Origin: Candidatus Altimarinota bacterium | GTDB lineage: Bacteria; Patescibacteriota; Gracilibacteria; JBDHUY01 | Length of the DNA: 64,000 nucleotides | Reading direction: 5' to 3' | NCBI GenBank assembly: GCA_039809385.1 | Contig: JBDHUY010000003.1 | Location: forward strand, 1 to 64,000 | Part shown: in pieces, positions 50,679-59,811 of the stretch | How the letters are laid out: every line of letters starts with the position of its first letter | Numbering within the stretch: position 1 is the stretch's first letter | Notes under the pieces: generated by a model | What the model was told of the DNA's origin: nothing | The model's database searches: none | What the model saw: only the letters and a program-made list of their open reading frames with translations | Position numbers and translations under genes: made by a program

Positions 50679-51227
50679 ATGAAAAAGTCCGTTTCTCCTT
50701 TCGAGTCTAATAATCGCAGTGTTTCTTTTGCGATATTGGTATTTGGTATAACCGTGTTGATCGCGGTATTCTTTGGTATCAGTGTTTATTTGAAAGAACA
50801 AAATATTCGTGCCTTAGAGGAACAAACTACAACCTTCACAGCTCAAACCGATTCGTTACTTTCGCAGTCTTTGCGGGAAATCGAACGTTCGCAGCGGGTG
50901 GTGTCCGAAGTAAGCCAGAAACGTTTATTATGGTCTGAAATATTGCGCGATCTGTTTGCGACCTTGCCGCAAGGAATCGGGATCACTTCCTTGAACGCCG
51001 ATGGTAACGGACGCCTGAGCGCTTCGCTGGTCGCCGACGATTTTCAAAAGGTGTCCCGGACGGTCGAATTGCTCTCGGTCTCGCAACGTTTCAAAGATAC
51101 CTTTATCCCGTCGCTGTCGGCCGGAGCGTCGGTCGATCAGACTTCGCTGAAGGTCAATTTTCCTCTGGTGATCGAGATCGGTAAGCAGAATCAGAATGCC
51201 AATAACAGTAATCAGAACGCTTCCTGA
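50679..51227 (+). CDS. pilN: PilN-like T4P assembly protein
   Basis: TM, coiled coil, WSEILRDL..TLPQGI; directly upstream of pilO. Confidence 0.75.
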   Translation: MKKSVSPFESNNRSVSFAILVFGITVLIAVFFGISVYLKEQNIRALEEQTTTFTAQTDSLLSQSLREIERSQRVVSEVSQKRLLWSEILRDLFATLPQGIGITSLNADGNGRLSASLVADDFQKVSRTVELLSVSQRFKDTFIPSLSAGASVDQTSLKVNFPLVIEIGKQNQNANNSNQNAS

Positions 51228-51245
51228 TCGTAACCTTTTTCCAAT

Positions 51246-51764
51246 ATGAAAAAAGATACATTTTTGGCTTCGCTCTTTCTGCTCTTCTCCTTAGTGTTGA
51301 CGTTGCTGTATATCAAACCCACCGTCGACGCCGATGCCGAACTGGAAGCTGCGTTACGGGAAAAAGAAGTCGCGTTTGCCACGAGCGAGAGCGAATTTAA
51401 TGAGCTTAGAAGCCAGAAAGAACAGTTCGATAAACTGACCGAGGCCGAAAAAGAAAAAGCCATCAAGCGTGTTCCGCGCGAAATCAACCAGCAGACCCTG
51501 ATCGACGAACTGACCGCCCTGGCCCAAAAAAATGCGCTGACCCTCACCTCGGTCACATTTTCCAAAGCGGCTGGCGGGAACGACTATCGCAAAATTACGC
51601 TCGTGGCCAGTTTTTCCAACCTTACCGGACAGGATAAAACCTTGCCGTTTCTGGAAAGTCTCGAGACGACTGACCGCCTCATGACCGTACGCTCTCTGTC
51701 GCTTTTGTACGGACAGAATCGCAGCGACTATACCGTGACACTGGAAGTTTACTATCGTGGATAA
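51246..51764 (+). CDS. pilO: PilO-like T4P assembly protein
   Basis: TM, coiled coil, VP..LIDEL..LA, FLESLE..RLM. Confidence 0.78.
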   Translation: MKKDTFLASLFLLFSLVLTLLYIKPTVDADAELEAALREKEVAFATSESEFNELRSQKEQFDKLTEAEKEKAIKRVPREINQQTLIDELTALAQKNALTLTSVTFSKAAGGNDYRKITLVASFSNLTGQDKTLPFLESLETTDRLMTVRSLSLLYGQNRSDYTVTLEVYYRG

Positions 51765-51816
51765 CGGTTAAAATTTCCATACCCCTGCTTGTTTTTCTTT
51801 TTTGTCGTTTTCTGCC

Positions 51817-52947
51817 ATGGCAGCTCATACCCCTATCAAAAAACATTCTCGCGTCACCGTTTCTGACGGAGCTCTTAATCGTCTTAACCGTTTTGCCCTG
51901 GGCCGCCGCCGGGTAAGCGTTAAAGACAAAGCCTATTTTTACGAACTGTTTGCCGTCATGATCGAAGCGGGTATTCCTTTGTTAAAAGCTCTTTCGATCC
52001 TGGCGGAGAAAACCACGAATTTGCGATTGCGCGAAGTAGTTTTAATGATTCTGAATTTTATAGAAGAAGGTGACAATCTTTCTTCCGCTATGGCCAAATT
52101 TCCGCTGATCTTCAGCGAAGTCGAGGTCGGTATCATCCAGTCGGGCGAACTGACGGGCAGTCTCAATACGGTTATGCTGCGGCTGGCCGAAGATATGAAT
52201 AAGCGTCTGGAACTGACCATGAAGATCCGTCAGGCTCTGACCTACCCGGTTACCATTATCGCGGTATTGCTGTTGTCGGTGTTCGTGATTTTGGGGGTGG
52301 TGATCCCTCCGCTGAAAAATCTGTTCGAATCGCTCAACAGCGAAATTCCGGAAGGGCTTTCTTTTCTGATCGATACGAGTCTTTTCTTACAACAAAATGC
52401 GGCGCTGGTGGTTATATTCCTGCTTCTGCTGATTTCATTCGTAGTAACGTATGTCCGGACCGACCGGGGGAGATCACAGTGGGACCGGATAAAATTGGGA
52501 ACGCCGTATTTGAGCGATCTCGTCAAAAAGATCGTGTTGATCCGGTTTGTGCGCAGCCTCAGTATTTTGCTCGACAGCGGTTTGCCGCTGGTCAAAACGC
52601 TCAAAATTACCGCGGTGGCGGTCGGCAACGAAGTCTATCGGCGTGCCGTGGAACAGATTTTAATGGGCGTTCAGCAGGGACAGCGTATTTCCGAGGCCAT
52701 GGAAGAATTGCCACACTTGTTCCCTCCCGATCTGACCCAGATCGTCGCAGTGGGCGAAACGACCGCCACGATTTCGACCTCGACGCAGAAAATCGCCGCT
52801 CAGTACGAGCGCGAAATCGATCATAGTCTGAAAAATCTGACCAACATTGTCGAGCCTATCGCGATTTTGGGTGTAGGATTGGTGGTCGGCTGGTTTGCCT
52901 TTGTCGTTCTCGGATCGATCTTTTCGATTACCGAACAGCTGGGATAG
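51817..52947 (+). CDS. pilC: T2SS/T4P platform protein (GspF/PilC)
   Basis: MIEAGIPL..AL, GELTGSL, ALTYP, LDSGLPL, VGE, IVEP. Confidence 0.93.
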   Translation: MAAHTPIKKHSRVTVSDGALNRLNRFALGRRRVSVKDKAYFYELFAVMIEAGIPLLKALSILAEKTTNLRLREVVLMILNFIEEGDNLSSAMAKFPLIFSEVEVGIIQSGELTGSLNTVMLRLAEDMNKRLELTMKIRQALTYPVTIIAVLLLSVFVILGVVIPPLKNLFESLNSEIPEGLSFLIDTSLFLQQNAALVVIFLLLLISFVVTYVRTDRGRSQWDRIKLGTPYLSDLVKKIVLIRFVRSLSILLDSGLPLVKTLKITAVAVGNEVYRRAVEQILMGVQQGQRISEAMEELPHLFPPDLTQIVAVGETTATISTSTQKIAAQYEREIDHSLKNLTNIVEPIAILGVGLVVGWFAFVVLGSIFSITEQLG

Positions 52948-52967
52948 AAGCCTCAATTTGTTATACG

Positions 52968-53137
52968 GTCATGCTGGCTCCGCCCAGCATCCGGAAACGC
53001 ACGGAATGCATGGAAGGTACTTCGTGGTGAGTAGCTTGATCAAAACAATCCCTTCCTCGGTCAGTGAGTAAAGCGTACACCCTTCTCATTCACCATCGTT
53101 ATAACAGTCCCCGGACTCCGGGCAAGCCGGAGTGACA
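52968..53137. repeat. REP-like GTCA...TGAC element, copy 1
   Basis: Begins GTCATGCTGG, ends TCCCCGGACTCCGGGCAAGCCGGAGTGACA. Confidence 0.6.
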
Positions 53138-53389
53138 AGCAGAAATCGCCGGATTATTATTTACCTTGCAATTCCCTGCGCTCTCTGCCGCAGGGTGCTT
53201 CATCGACCTTGTGTTTTGAACTTTGGTTTTCTTTTGTCATTTGCCTGCCTGTCGGCAGCCAGGGATTTTGATATTTTAACTTTCTCCCTGCTTGTATCGC
53301 ACTCTTTTATCTGTTTTAGCAACAGTTTACTTGTAAATAGGAATCCAGATATATATAATTTCTATATATTTTTTCAATATACTTTATAT

Positions 53390-53695
53390 ATGACAACAAC
53401 CATTAACCTCGATCCAAAAATTCGTCTCAAAGCCAGCAAAAGAGCCAAGAAGGATAATATGTCCCTCTCGGGCGTCATCCGGCTTCTTTTGAACGATTAC
53501 GCCGAGGGAAAACTAAGGGTCGGGATTGTGCTTTCCGATGAATCAGAATTTGAGGTTCTCTCTGTGGATTCGGATACGCAAAAAACTATGGATTCGATCG
53601 GGCAAACTTGGTCTTCTATTTCATCTCCCCATGCAACTCGTCCTGGCCAAAAGCATCGCAAAACGAGAGTTTCCAAAAGGACTCTCTCGGTCTGA
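53390..53695 (+). CDS. Ribbon-helix-helix protein (putative antitoxin)
   Basis: MTTTINLD...AKKDNMSLSGVIRLLL. Confidence 0.7.
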   Translation: MTTTINLDPKIRLKASKRAKKDNMSLSGVIRLLLNDYAEGKLRVGIVLSDESEFEVLSVDSDTQKTMDSIGQTWSSISSPHATRPGQKHRKTRVSKRTLSV

Positions 53696-53999
53696 GCTCG
53701 CTCTCATACGAAAAAGTATTCTCAAGCATCTCGCTACGTTTATAAAAGGCGACGCCCTGCCACCTTTCACCCGCCTGGCCAAATATTATATCACTTCGCC
53801 AAATGGCGCTCAGCGGATGGTGTGTTTGGTACATATGCAAAAAAACGATTATTTCCTCTTATTTTATCGGGATAAAAAAGATAAACTGGGAACGAATATT
53901 TCGTTTCAAAATTTGGAATTTCGTGTGTCACTGAAAAAATATTTTGTTCTGTTACAGGAGGATCTTATTCGGATGAATTTCCAGACCTATGAGTTATAA
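53631..53999 (+). CDS. Small basic protein, putative RelE-fold toxin
   Basis: 122 aa, overlaps the RHH gene; LAKYYI..GAQRMV..LLFYRDK. Confidence 0.55.
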   Translation: MQLVLAKSIAKREFPKGLSRSELALIRKSILKHLATFIKGDALPPFTRLAKYYITSPNGAQRMVCLVHMQKNDYFLLFYRDKKDKLGTNISFQNLEFRVSLKKYFVLLQEDLIRMNFQTYEL

Positions 54000-54006
54000 A
54001 TCTACT

Positions 54007-54627
54007 ATGATTAAAAGTTTCTTCCACACTTCTAAAAAAGCCTTTACGCTGATTGAACTTCTCATCGTGATTACGATCGTAGCCTTGATCGTCGCGCTGA
54101 CGCTTCCCAGCTACGAGCTGCTGCAGGCCCGGGCCGCTTTGCAGCAGGGCGTTGACCTGGTGACCGAAACGATCCGTCAGGCCAGGACTTTTTCCACGGC
54201 AGGGTATGAAATCAAGGAGGGCGAAGGGGCTAGCGTAATGGGAGTACGAGTCAAGCAGGGGAGCAATCTGCTGGATATCGTGGCATTCGAAGCGGATCGC
54301 ACCGATCCCGCAAATCCGACACTAAGAAATGAGCGAAATGTTCGGAGCGTGGATCTGGGAGGTAATGTGATTCACGAGATTACCGCTGACCAGTCGCAAT
54401 CCTTACCCGAAGCGCTGATTCTCTTTGATCCGCCTTTCGGTGTGGCACGTTCGGTGTCTTCTCCGTCTTCCGCGCAGTCTTTTCAGCGTGTCGGGATCCG
54501 CATCGGTCCTCGCGGTCAAAAGGCTGAAGCAGTTAATCGCACGGTCGACTTTTTTACGCTGACGGCCCGGATCGAGTATGACTATGATAAGAGATCTTTG
54601 AACTCGAAGCTTTCCGAGGGCTTCTAA
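54007..54627 (+). CDS. FimT/GspH-like prepilin
   Basis: KKA/FTLIELLIVI signal; IRQART helix. Confidence 0.88.
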   Translation: MIKSFFHTSKKAFTLIELLIVITIVALIVALTLPSYELLQARAALQQGVDLVTETIRQARTFSTAGYEIKEGEGASVMGVRVKQGSNLLDIVAFEADRTDPANPTLRNERNVRSVDLGGNVIHEITADQSQSLPEALILFDPPFGVARSVSSPSSAQSFQRVGIRIGPRGQKAEAVNRTVDFFTLTARIEYDYDKRSLNSKLSEGF

Positions 54628-54649
54628 AAAAGACTTCAAAACATGATTC

Positions 54650-54875
54650 TGTCATTCCGGTCCCGCCCTAAAGGGCCCCTTTGGACCTTATCCCCGATCA
54701 GTAGATACATAGGACCTGTTAAGTGTGCTCAGTAACTGGATAACCACTCAAGCCGACGTGAGTTTTGAGAACTACGTGTCTTTTCTCTCCATTTCCTAAA
54801 CCCGAACATCCCCGGACTCCGGCAAGCCGGAGTGACATTAAAGAGTAGTCATGCCCCGCCCCGGCGGGGCATCCG
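54650..54875. repeat. REP-like GTCA...TGAC element, copy 2, plus start of a third
   Basis: TGTCATTCCGG...CCGGAGTGACA; 54809-54837 differs from 53108-53137 by one G. Confidence 0.65.
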
Positions 54876-54997
54876 TAAAGACACATAGCTTGTTCACGAC
54901 ACTTAGTGAAACTGTAATAAAAATTCAAGCCTGAGCATTCTTCATCGCGGGTTGCCCTTTCGTTCGGGTTGGAGATGGGGCAATAAGTATCAAAAGA

Positions 54998-55027
54998 TTG
55001 ACTTTTAGCCTGGCTGCACCGTATAAT
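54998..55027 (+). promoter_or_regulatory. Sigma70 promoter of rplJL
   Basis: TTGACT-18 nt-TATAAT. Confidence 0.75.
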
Positions 55028-55034
55028 TGTTTTT

Positions 55035-55175
55035 GTCGTAGATAGCAGGTGTTTTGCCCTTGTTCCGGGGCGACTATAAATCCTGCCGAGACAAGAAATA
55101 CAGGCTTTTCACGGGGTAGCTTACCCTATAGCGTAAAGTCTCTTGTCGTATTGCGATAGGGGATCTTTTTATTTT
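55035..55175 (+). ncRNA. L10 ribosomal protein leader
   Basis: GTCGTAGATAGCAGG...TAAATCCTGCCGAGAC core, then hairpin and T run upstream of rplJ. Confidence 0.82.
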
Positions 55176-55201
55176 CTTTACTACAAGAAGGAGGTGACAC
55201 T

Positions 55202-55726
55202 ATGGCTATTACCCGGTCTCAAAAAGAATCGATTCTATCGGAACTGAAAGACGGCTTTAAAAAGTCCGCTTCGCTGGTATTCGTCAAAAACAACGGCGTT
55301 GACGTCAACAGTCTCAACAGACTCAAAAAAGAACTAAAGAAAGGCTCTGTCGATCTGAAGGTCGCCAAAAAAACGCTGATCGCGTTGGCGCTCAAGGATC
55401 AGGGAATCGAAGATTTTCCCGAAACGATCATGGACGGTCCGATCATGGTTGCGATGAGCTTCGAGGATCAGATTGCCGCTGCCAAAGCCTTGAAGGCTTT
55501 TATGAAGGGCAACGAGAAACTCGAATTCACGGGCGGTGTTTTCGGCACGACCGTTTACGACAAACAACAGGTGACCCAACTGGCGAGTCTGCCTTCCAAA
55601 GAGGAATTGCTCTCTACATTGCTTTCCCGCCTGCAGGGACCTTTGTACGGGCTTCACAACGCGCTTCAATATCATTTGCGCGGCCTCGTGCAAGTTTTGT
55701 CGCAGATCCAAAAGCAGAAAGCGTAA
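55202..55726 (+). CDS. rplJ: 50S ribosomal protein L10
   Basis: KVAKKTLI, LASLPSKEELL; strong SD AAGGAGGTG. Confidence 0.97.
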   Translation: MAITRSQKESILSELKDGFKKSASLVFVKNNGVDVNSLNRLKKELKKGSVDLKVAKKTLIALALKDQGIEDFPETIMDGPIMVAMSFEDQIAAAKALKAFMKGNEKLEFTGGVFGTTVYDKQQVTQLASLPSKEELLSTLLSRLQGPLYGLHNALQYHLRGLVQVLSQIQKQKA

Positions 55727-55843
55727 AAAATCCCAATATCAATCCGCCACGGCGGATGAACTTGGGTTTTTGAGCTTTGAAACTCCACTGGAATTCCCGT
55801 TGTACGTTATAAATATTTTTTATCCTACTAATTTTCCCTTTTT

Positions 55844-56233
55844 ATGTCCGATTCCAACATGCAAAAAATTCTTGAAATGATCGAAAAGTTGACGGTCATG
55901 GAACTCGCCGAGCTGGTCAAGGCTCTGGAAGAGAAGTTCGGTGTTTCCGCTGCCGCTCCGATGATGATGGCTGCCATGCCGGCTGCCGGTGGTGCTGCCG
56001 GTGCCGAACCTGCCGAGGAAAAGACCTCTTTTGACGTCGAGTTGACTAATGCCGGCGCCAACAAGATCAACGTTATCAAAGCTGTTCGCGAACTGACAGG
56101 TCTGGGGCTGCAGGAATCCAAAGCCCTGGTAGACGGAGCTCCCAAGATGGTAAAAGAAGGCGTCAACAAGGAGGAAGCCGAAAAGATGAAGAAGGCTCTG
56201 GAAGAGGCCGGCGCTACGGTTACTCTGAAATAA
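55844..56233 (+). CDS. rplL: 50S ribosomal protein L7/L12
   Basis: [41 protein letters not shown]. Confidence 0.98.
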   Translation: MSDSNMQKILEMIEKLTVMELAELVKALEEKFGVSAAAPMMMAAMPAAGGAAGAEPAEEKTSFDVELTNAGANKINVIKAVRELTGLGLQESKALVDGAPKMVKEGVNKEEAEKMKKALEEAGATVTLK

Positions 56234-56267
56234 GGGGAATCATCTTGGCGCATTTACTGCGTTTCCT

Positions 56268-56306
56268 AGAAATATCCGCCATAGTTGCTATGGCGGATAT
56301 TTTTTT
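56268..56306 (+). terminator. Intrinsic terminator of rplJL
   Basis: AAATATCCGCCATAG-TTG-CTATGGCGGATATTT plus T run. Confidence 0.88.
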
Positions 56307-56364
56307 CTGCGAGTTCTGAACTTTGAAAAAATTTCTCACACCAAGTCCATTTCAAATCAAGACT

Positions 56365-56620
56365 ACACTAACTTGAATTACGAAATCTATTGTAGTCCTA
56401 GAATATGAGTAAACCTCGTCATTGCGAGGAAGCTTGTAGTATGCTTTGAGAGCAAGCTATGAACCAGACGAAGCAATCTTTGTCCTCTACCAGGTAGTAT
56501 GTGAGTGAGATTGCTTCGTCTAGAAAGAACTGTCGAGATACTGTTTTTCAAAGCTTCCTCGCGATGACGCTTTAAAAGGTCATTGTAACGATATATCTAT
56601 TTCGTGATTCAGGTTACACT
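56365..56620. mobile_element. Putative MITE with nested palindrome
   Basis: IRs AACTTGAATTACGAAAT / ATTTCGTGATTCAGGTT flanked by ACACT direct repeats; inner CGTCATTGCGAGGAAGCTT / AAGCTTCCTCGCGATGACG. Confidence 0.65.
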
Positions 56621-56807
56621 ATATCAAAGTAGATTTTGTAAAATGCGAAAAGCAGGTCAGGAGACCATGCTCTTGCGATAGAGGTTTTTCTTACTCACTA
56701 TCAAATAGTAGTAATCACCCCGGACCTCTATCGTATTCGCCATTGTTTTAGATCGCAATTCGTATTACAATAATGAGGCTATTTCCCTTTCTCTTTACTT
56801 TCCAACT

Positions 56808-56885
56808 ATGAATAAACCTCGCAAAGTTGCTGCCAGAAAACATCGTAAAAAGAGCGGCAAGACGGTCTCTTTACGGCATCGATAG
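56808..56885 (+). CDS. 25-aa basic peptide MNKPRKVAARKHRKKSGKTVSLRHR
   Basis: ATG after a pyrimidine-rich leader as in neighbouring genes; strongly biased K/R/H composition; below ORF-track cutoff. Confidence 0.45.
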   Translation: MNKPRKVAARKHRKKSGKTVSLRHR

Positions 56886-56992
56886 AATTTTCTACCATTT
56901 TTTCTCACTAGAAATTATAAAAAGGTTAGGTGGCCTCGTCTTTTTCAGATAAATTTCTCTATAATAAGAGCTAGAGTATTTTCTTTCGTTAC

Positions 56993-58831
56993 ATGAATTC
57001 TAAAGCTTTGCAGCAGGTATATCCTGATATTTATAGACACCTTTTTTCTCAATGCCCTCTCGTGCTTTCGGCACCATTGGGCTTTTATTGGGTGGAACAT
57101 CCTACCGCCCATTATAATGGTGTGATGCTCAGGCAAAAACTCCCTACCAAAGTATTTTTAGGGATAGAATTTACTCAAAAGTCCACTATTGAATTTGGTT
57201 CGTTACAATATTTCTCAAATAGCCGTCAAACTTTTTCATTTGAAAATATCAATAATTATTGGCCAAATCGGATAGAGTTCTTCGACTATCTTACAAAAAG
57301 GTTCAAAAAAGTTGTGTTGGAAAAAAAAGGAATTTGCTTTCATATTCTTGTAGAAGATAATCTTTATAGTTATCCAATTGGAGTCCAGGGCGTTATATCT
57401 GCCTTGATCGCTTCTGCTTTATTGCTTTTGTCGAATGAACTCAATATAAATCAAATACATAGGTGGAGTAGTGTATCACCGAAGCTTTTACTAAAAGATG
57501 AACAGTTAGGATTTTCTCTCGCGTTCAATCTAACACGCACTATAAATTCTATTACGAAGAAAGCTTATACCTGGAATACTGGTGTTTTTGCTGCTCTGGT
57601 ACCGACACCTTATACAGTTATTGCTTTTCCAGGTAGTCAGGTAAGAATGCTAGATTACGAATTCCATAAGAACTCTGATTTTAATTCGGTAGCAACTGTC
57701 CCTTTCTGGGGTTATGATCTCAGTGATTTATACCCAGATTTACCAAAAGAGTCACCTGTTTGGCCTATCGATTTTGGATCTATATTCTCGGGAAAGGCGG
57801 TATTAGCAGGACATACTAGTTTAAAAGGCACAAAAACGAATTATGATACAACGTCACTTCAGGCTTTTATTCGCCAGAAGTTTGCTTCTGATGTCTCTTC
57901 TTCTCATATTCTTCCTGATTTTTACGAAAGCTTCGGCCCGGGTGGCAGTAGAGTTAATCATTATGATACTGACCTGTTAAGTACGATTTCCATAAGACTC
58001 ATCGACCAGCTTTACAGACTTCTTGCTCATGGTTATAGCGAGAATGAAATAAATAACTTTATAAATCTCCTGCAAGCAAGACATTCTGCTGTCATGGCTA
58101 TTGATGATGTTTCCGATCATATGCGAAAAGTACTTCAATCTCTTAATTCTGCTCTGTTTAAATATAACCCCTCCGGCAACTTTGCTCTTTTTGCCATGTA
58201 TGATGTAACGCTGGGCGGAAGTATCGGGTTTGTGGGTCCGGTGAATATGTATCGGGATTGTTTGGAAGAGGCTGTCAAAGAATTACAAAAAGATTATCCA
58301 GATATTTCTGCCGATTATCTCAGCTGGCGTGATGGCTATTCTTCGGATGGTCTTATTGTCGAACAATACCTCAATGAAGGAATAATTTCCAATTATGTGA
58401 ACCGTAGTTCGGTAAAAATTACTGAATACCGTTTTGACCGTATCTCAGAAAAAATACATCTGCTTGAGGCTGTTGATATGCAAAGATATAAAAATGATAT
58501 TCTTGTGAATATAGTTGATCATACTTTATGTATTGGCGATGATCCCGTTAGTAGCAAAGAATTGCATTCTCAAATAGCCACAGTTCACTTGCTCAGTAAT
58601 ATCTTACAGGCTCCAGAATATCGGGTTGCTAGCAAAGAGTTGCCCCGATCTGCTTATACGATCAGCAAGAATGAAATGCAGGGAAAAATAATCGGACCTC
58701 TCTGCTGGCTTGTGGAAAAACGTTTGGGTAAGAAACTCGATATTAGATTAAGCGGAACGAATACAGAATTTTCAGTAGTGCTTCGACTATCATCCGAGAT
58801 TTCGATTATTCTGCTTCAATCTCTTTTTTAA
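56993..58831 (+). CDS. Degenerate GHMP-kinase-like protein with C-terminal wHTH-like domain, paralog A
   Basis: SAPLGFYWVEH..YNG resembles GHMP motif I (APGK..GEH..YG); motif II eroded; LGG motif III; C-domain SKELHSQ..LPRSAY..SKNEMQGKI. Confidence 0.6.
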   Translation: MNSKALQQVYPDIYRHLFSQCPLVLSAPLGFYWVEHPTAHYNGVMLRQKLPTKVFLGIEFTQKSTIEFGSLQYFSNSRQTFSFENINNYWPNRIEFFDYLTKRFKKVVLEKKGICFHILVEDNLYSYPIGVQGVISALIASALLLLSNELNINQIHRWSSVSPKLLLKDEQLGFSLAFNLTRTINSITKKAYTWNTGVFAALVPTPYTVIAFPGSQVRMLDYEFHKNSDFNSVATVPFWGYDLSDLYPDLPKESPVWPIDFGSIFSGKAVLAGHTSLKGTKTNYDTTSLQAFIRQKFASDVSSSHILPDFYESFGPGGSRVNHYDTDLLSTISIRLIDQLYRLLAHGYSENEINNFINLLQARHSAVMAIDDVSDHMRKVLQSLNSALFKYNPSGNFALFAMYDVTLGGSIGFVGPVNMYRDCLEEAVKELQKDYPDISADYLSWRDGYSSDGLIVEQYLNEGIISNYVNRSSVKITEYRFDRISEKIHLLEAVDMQRYKNDILVNIVDHTLCIGDDPVSSKELHSQIATVHLLSNILQAPEYRVASKELPRSAYTISKNEMQGKIIGPLCWLVEKRLGKKLDIRLSGTNTEFSVVLRLSSEISIILLQSLF

Positions 58832-58916
58832 ATCCCCATGGTGTCCCTTGAAACAACCGTATCTTTGGCGTATGCTTGTTGGTAATAGTGTAAATTCTTT
58901 GTTACCTCATGAATGT

Positions 58917-59807
58917 ATGGCCGATTCTTCTATTCAGGACGAGCGTGAGTTTCGGGAGATGATGGCGGAGGTTGATCCGAGTATCAGCAGCCGGTTACTG
59001 GTGGCTTTGGATTTTGCCAAGGGTGCGCATGCGGGTCAAACGCGCAAATCGGGCGAGCCGTTTATTTTGCATCCGATCGCGGTGGGATATGGTTTGTGGA
59101 AAAAATATGAGGATCCTGAGCTGGCGGCGGCGGGTTTTTTGCATGATACGATCGAGGATTGCGAGGATGTTTCTCGCGGGAAAATCTATGAGGTATTTGG
59201 GGATACGGTCGGTTTTCTGGTAGATGCGGCTACTAAAAATTTGTATGATTTTCACTTGCGGCCGGAGGTTGTTTTCGAGGACAAGATCGAGCGGCTTCTA
59301 TGGGCGGGGATGCAGGATATGCGGGTGTTGCTTCTCAAGATCGCCGATCGCGAGCATAATATTTCCACGCTTGCTCATTTGAAAAATAATCGCCAGGTGC
59401 GCATGGCTTTTGAGACTCAGGCTATTTTTCAGCCGCTGAGAAATATTTTGAGAATTGATACGAAAATGACGCTGCCTGAATCTACTAAAAATCTGTATGA
59501 TTTTTTAGAAAAAAATAATCTCAAGTCACCTAAGGATTTGAAGGAGTTTTTGTACCAGCAATGTTATCAGAACTTTAATGATGATGTCTACAAACTCGTT
59601 TATGAAGATTCCGATAAGATTATATGGGAAATCGAGGATATGACTATCTATGAAAATCTTTGTAATTTATCGGATTTCCAGTCCTATATCGACGTAATAT
59701 CCATGTGGACTAATGGAAGACAGTTTAAAGTTTTACTATCCTTTAAAAAAGGTTACGTAATCGACGAACCTAACATAAGCTTGAAAATTTCATCTTTTAA
59801 AAATTAA
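58917..59807 (+). CDS. RelA/SpoT-type HD hydrolase with C-terminal extension
   Basis: AHAGQTRKSGEPFILHP, LHDTIED, KIADREHN; no synthetase motifs. Confidence 0.88.
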   Translation: MADSSIQDEREFREMMAEVDPSISSRLLVALDFAKGAHAGQTRKSGEPFILHPIAVGYGLWKKYEDPELAAAGFLHDTIEDCEDVSRGKIYEVFGDTVGFLVDAATKNLYDFHLRPEVVFEDKIERLLWAGMQDMRVLLLKIADREHNISTLAHLKNNRQVRMAFETQAIFQPLRNILRIDTKMTLPESTKNLYDFLEKNNLKSPKDLKEFLYQQCYQNFNDDVYKLVYEDSDKIIWEIEDMTIYENLCNLSDFQSYIDVISMWTNGRQFKVLLSFKKGYVIDEPNISLKISSFKN

Positions 59808-59811
59808 TAAC

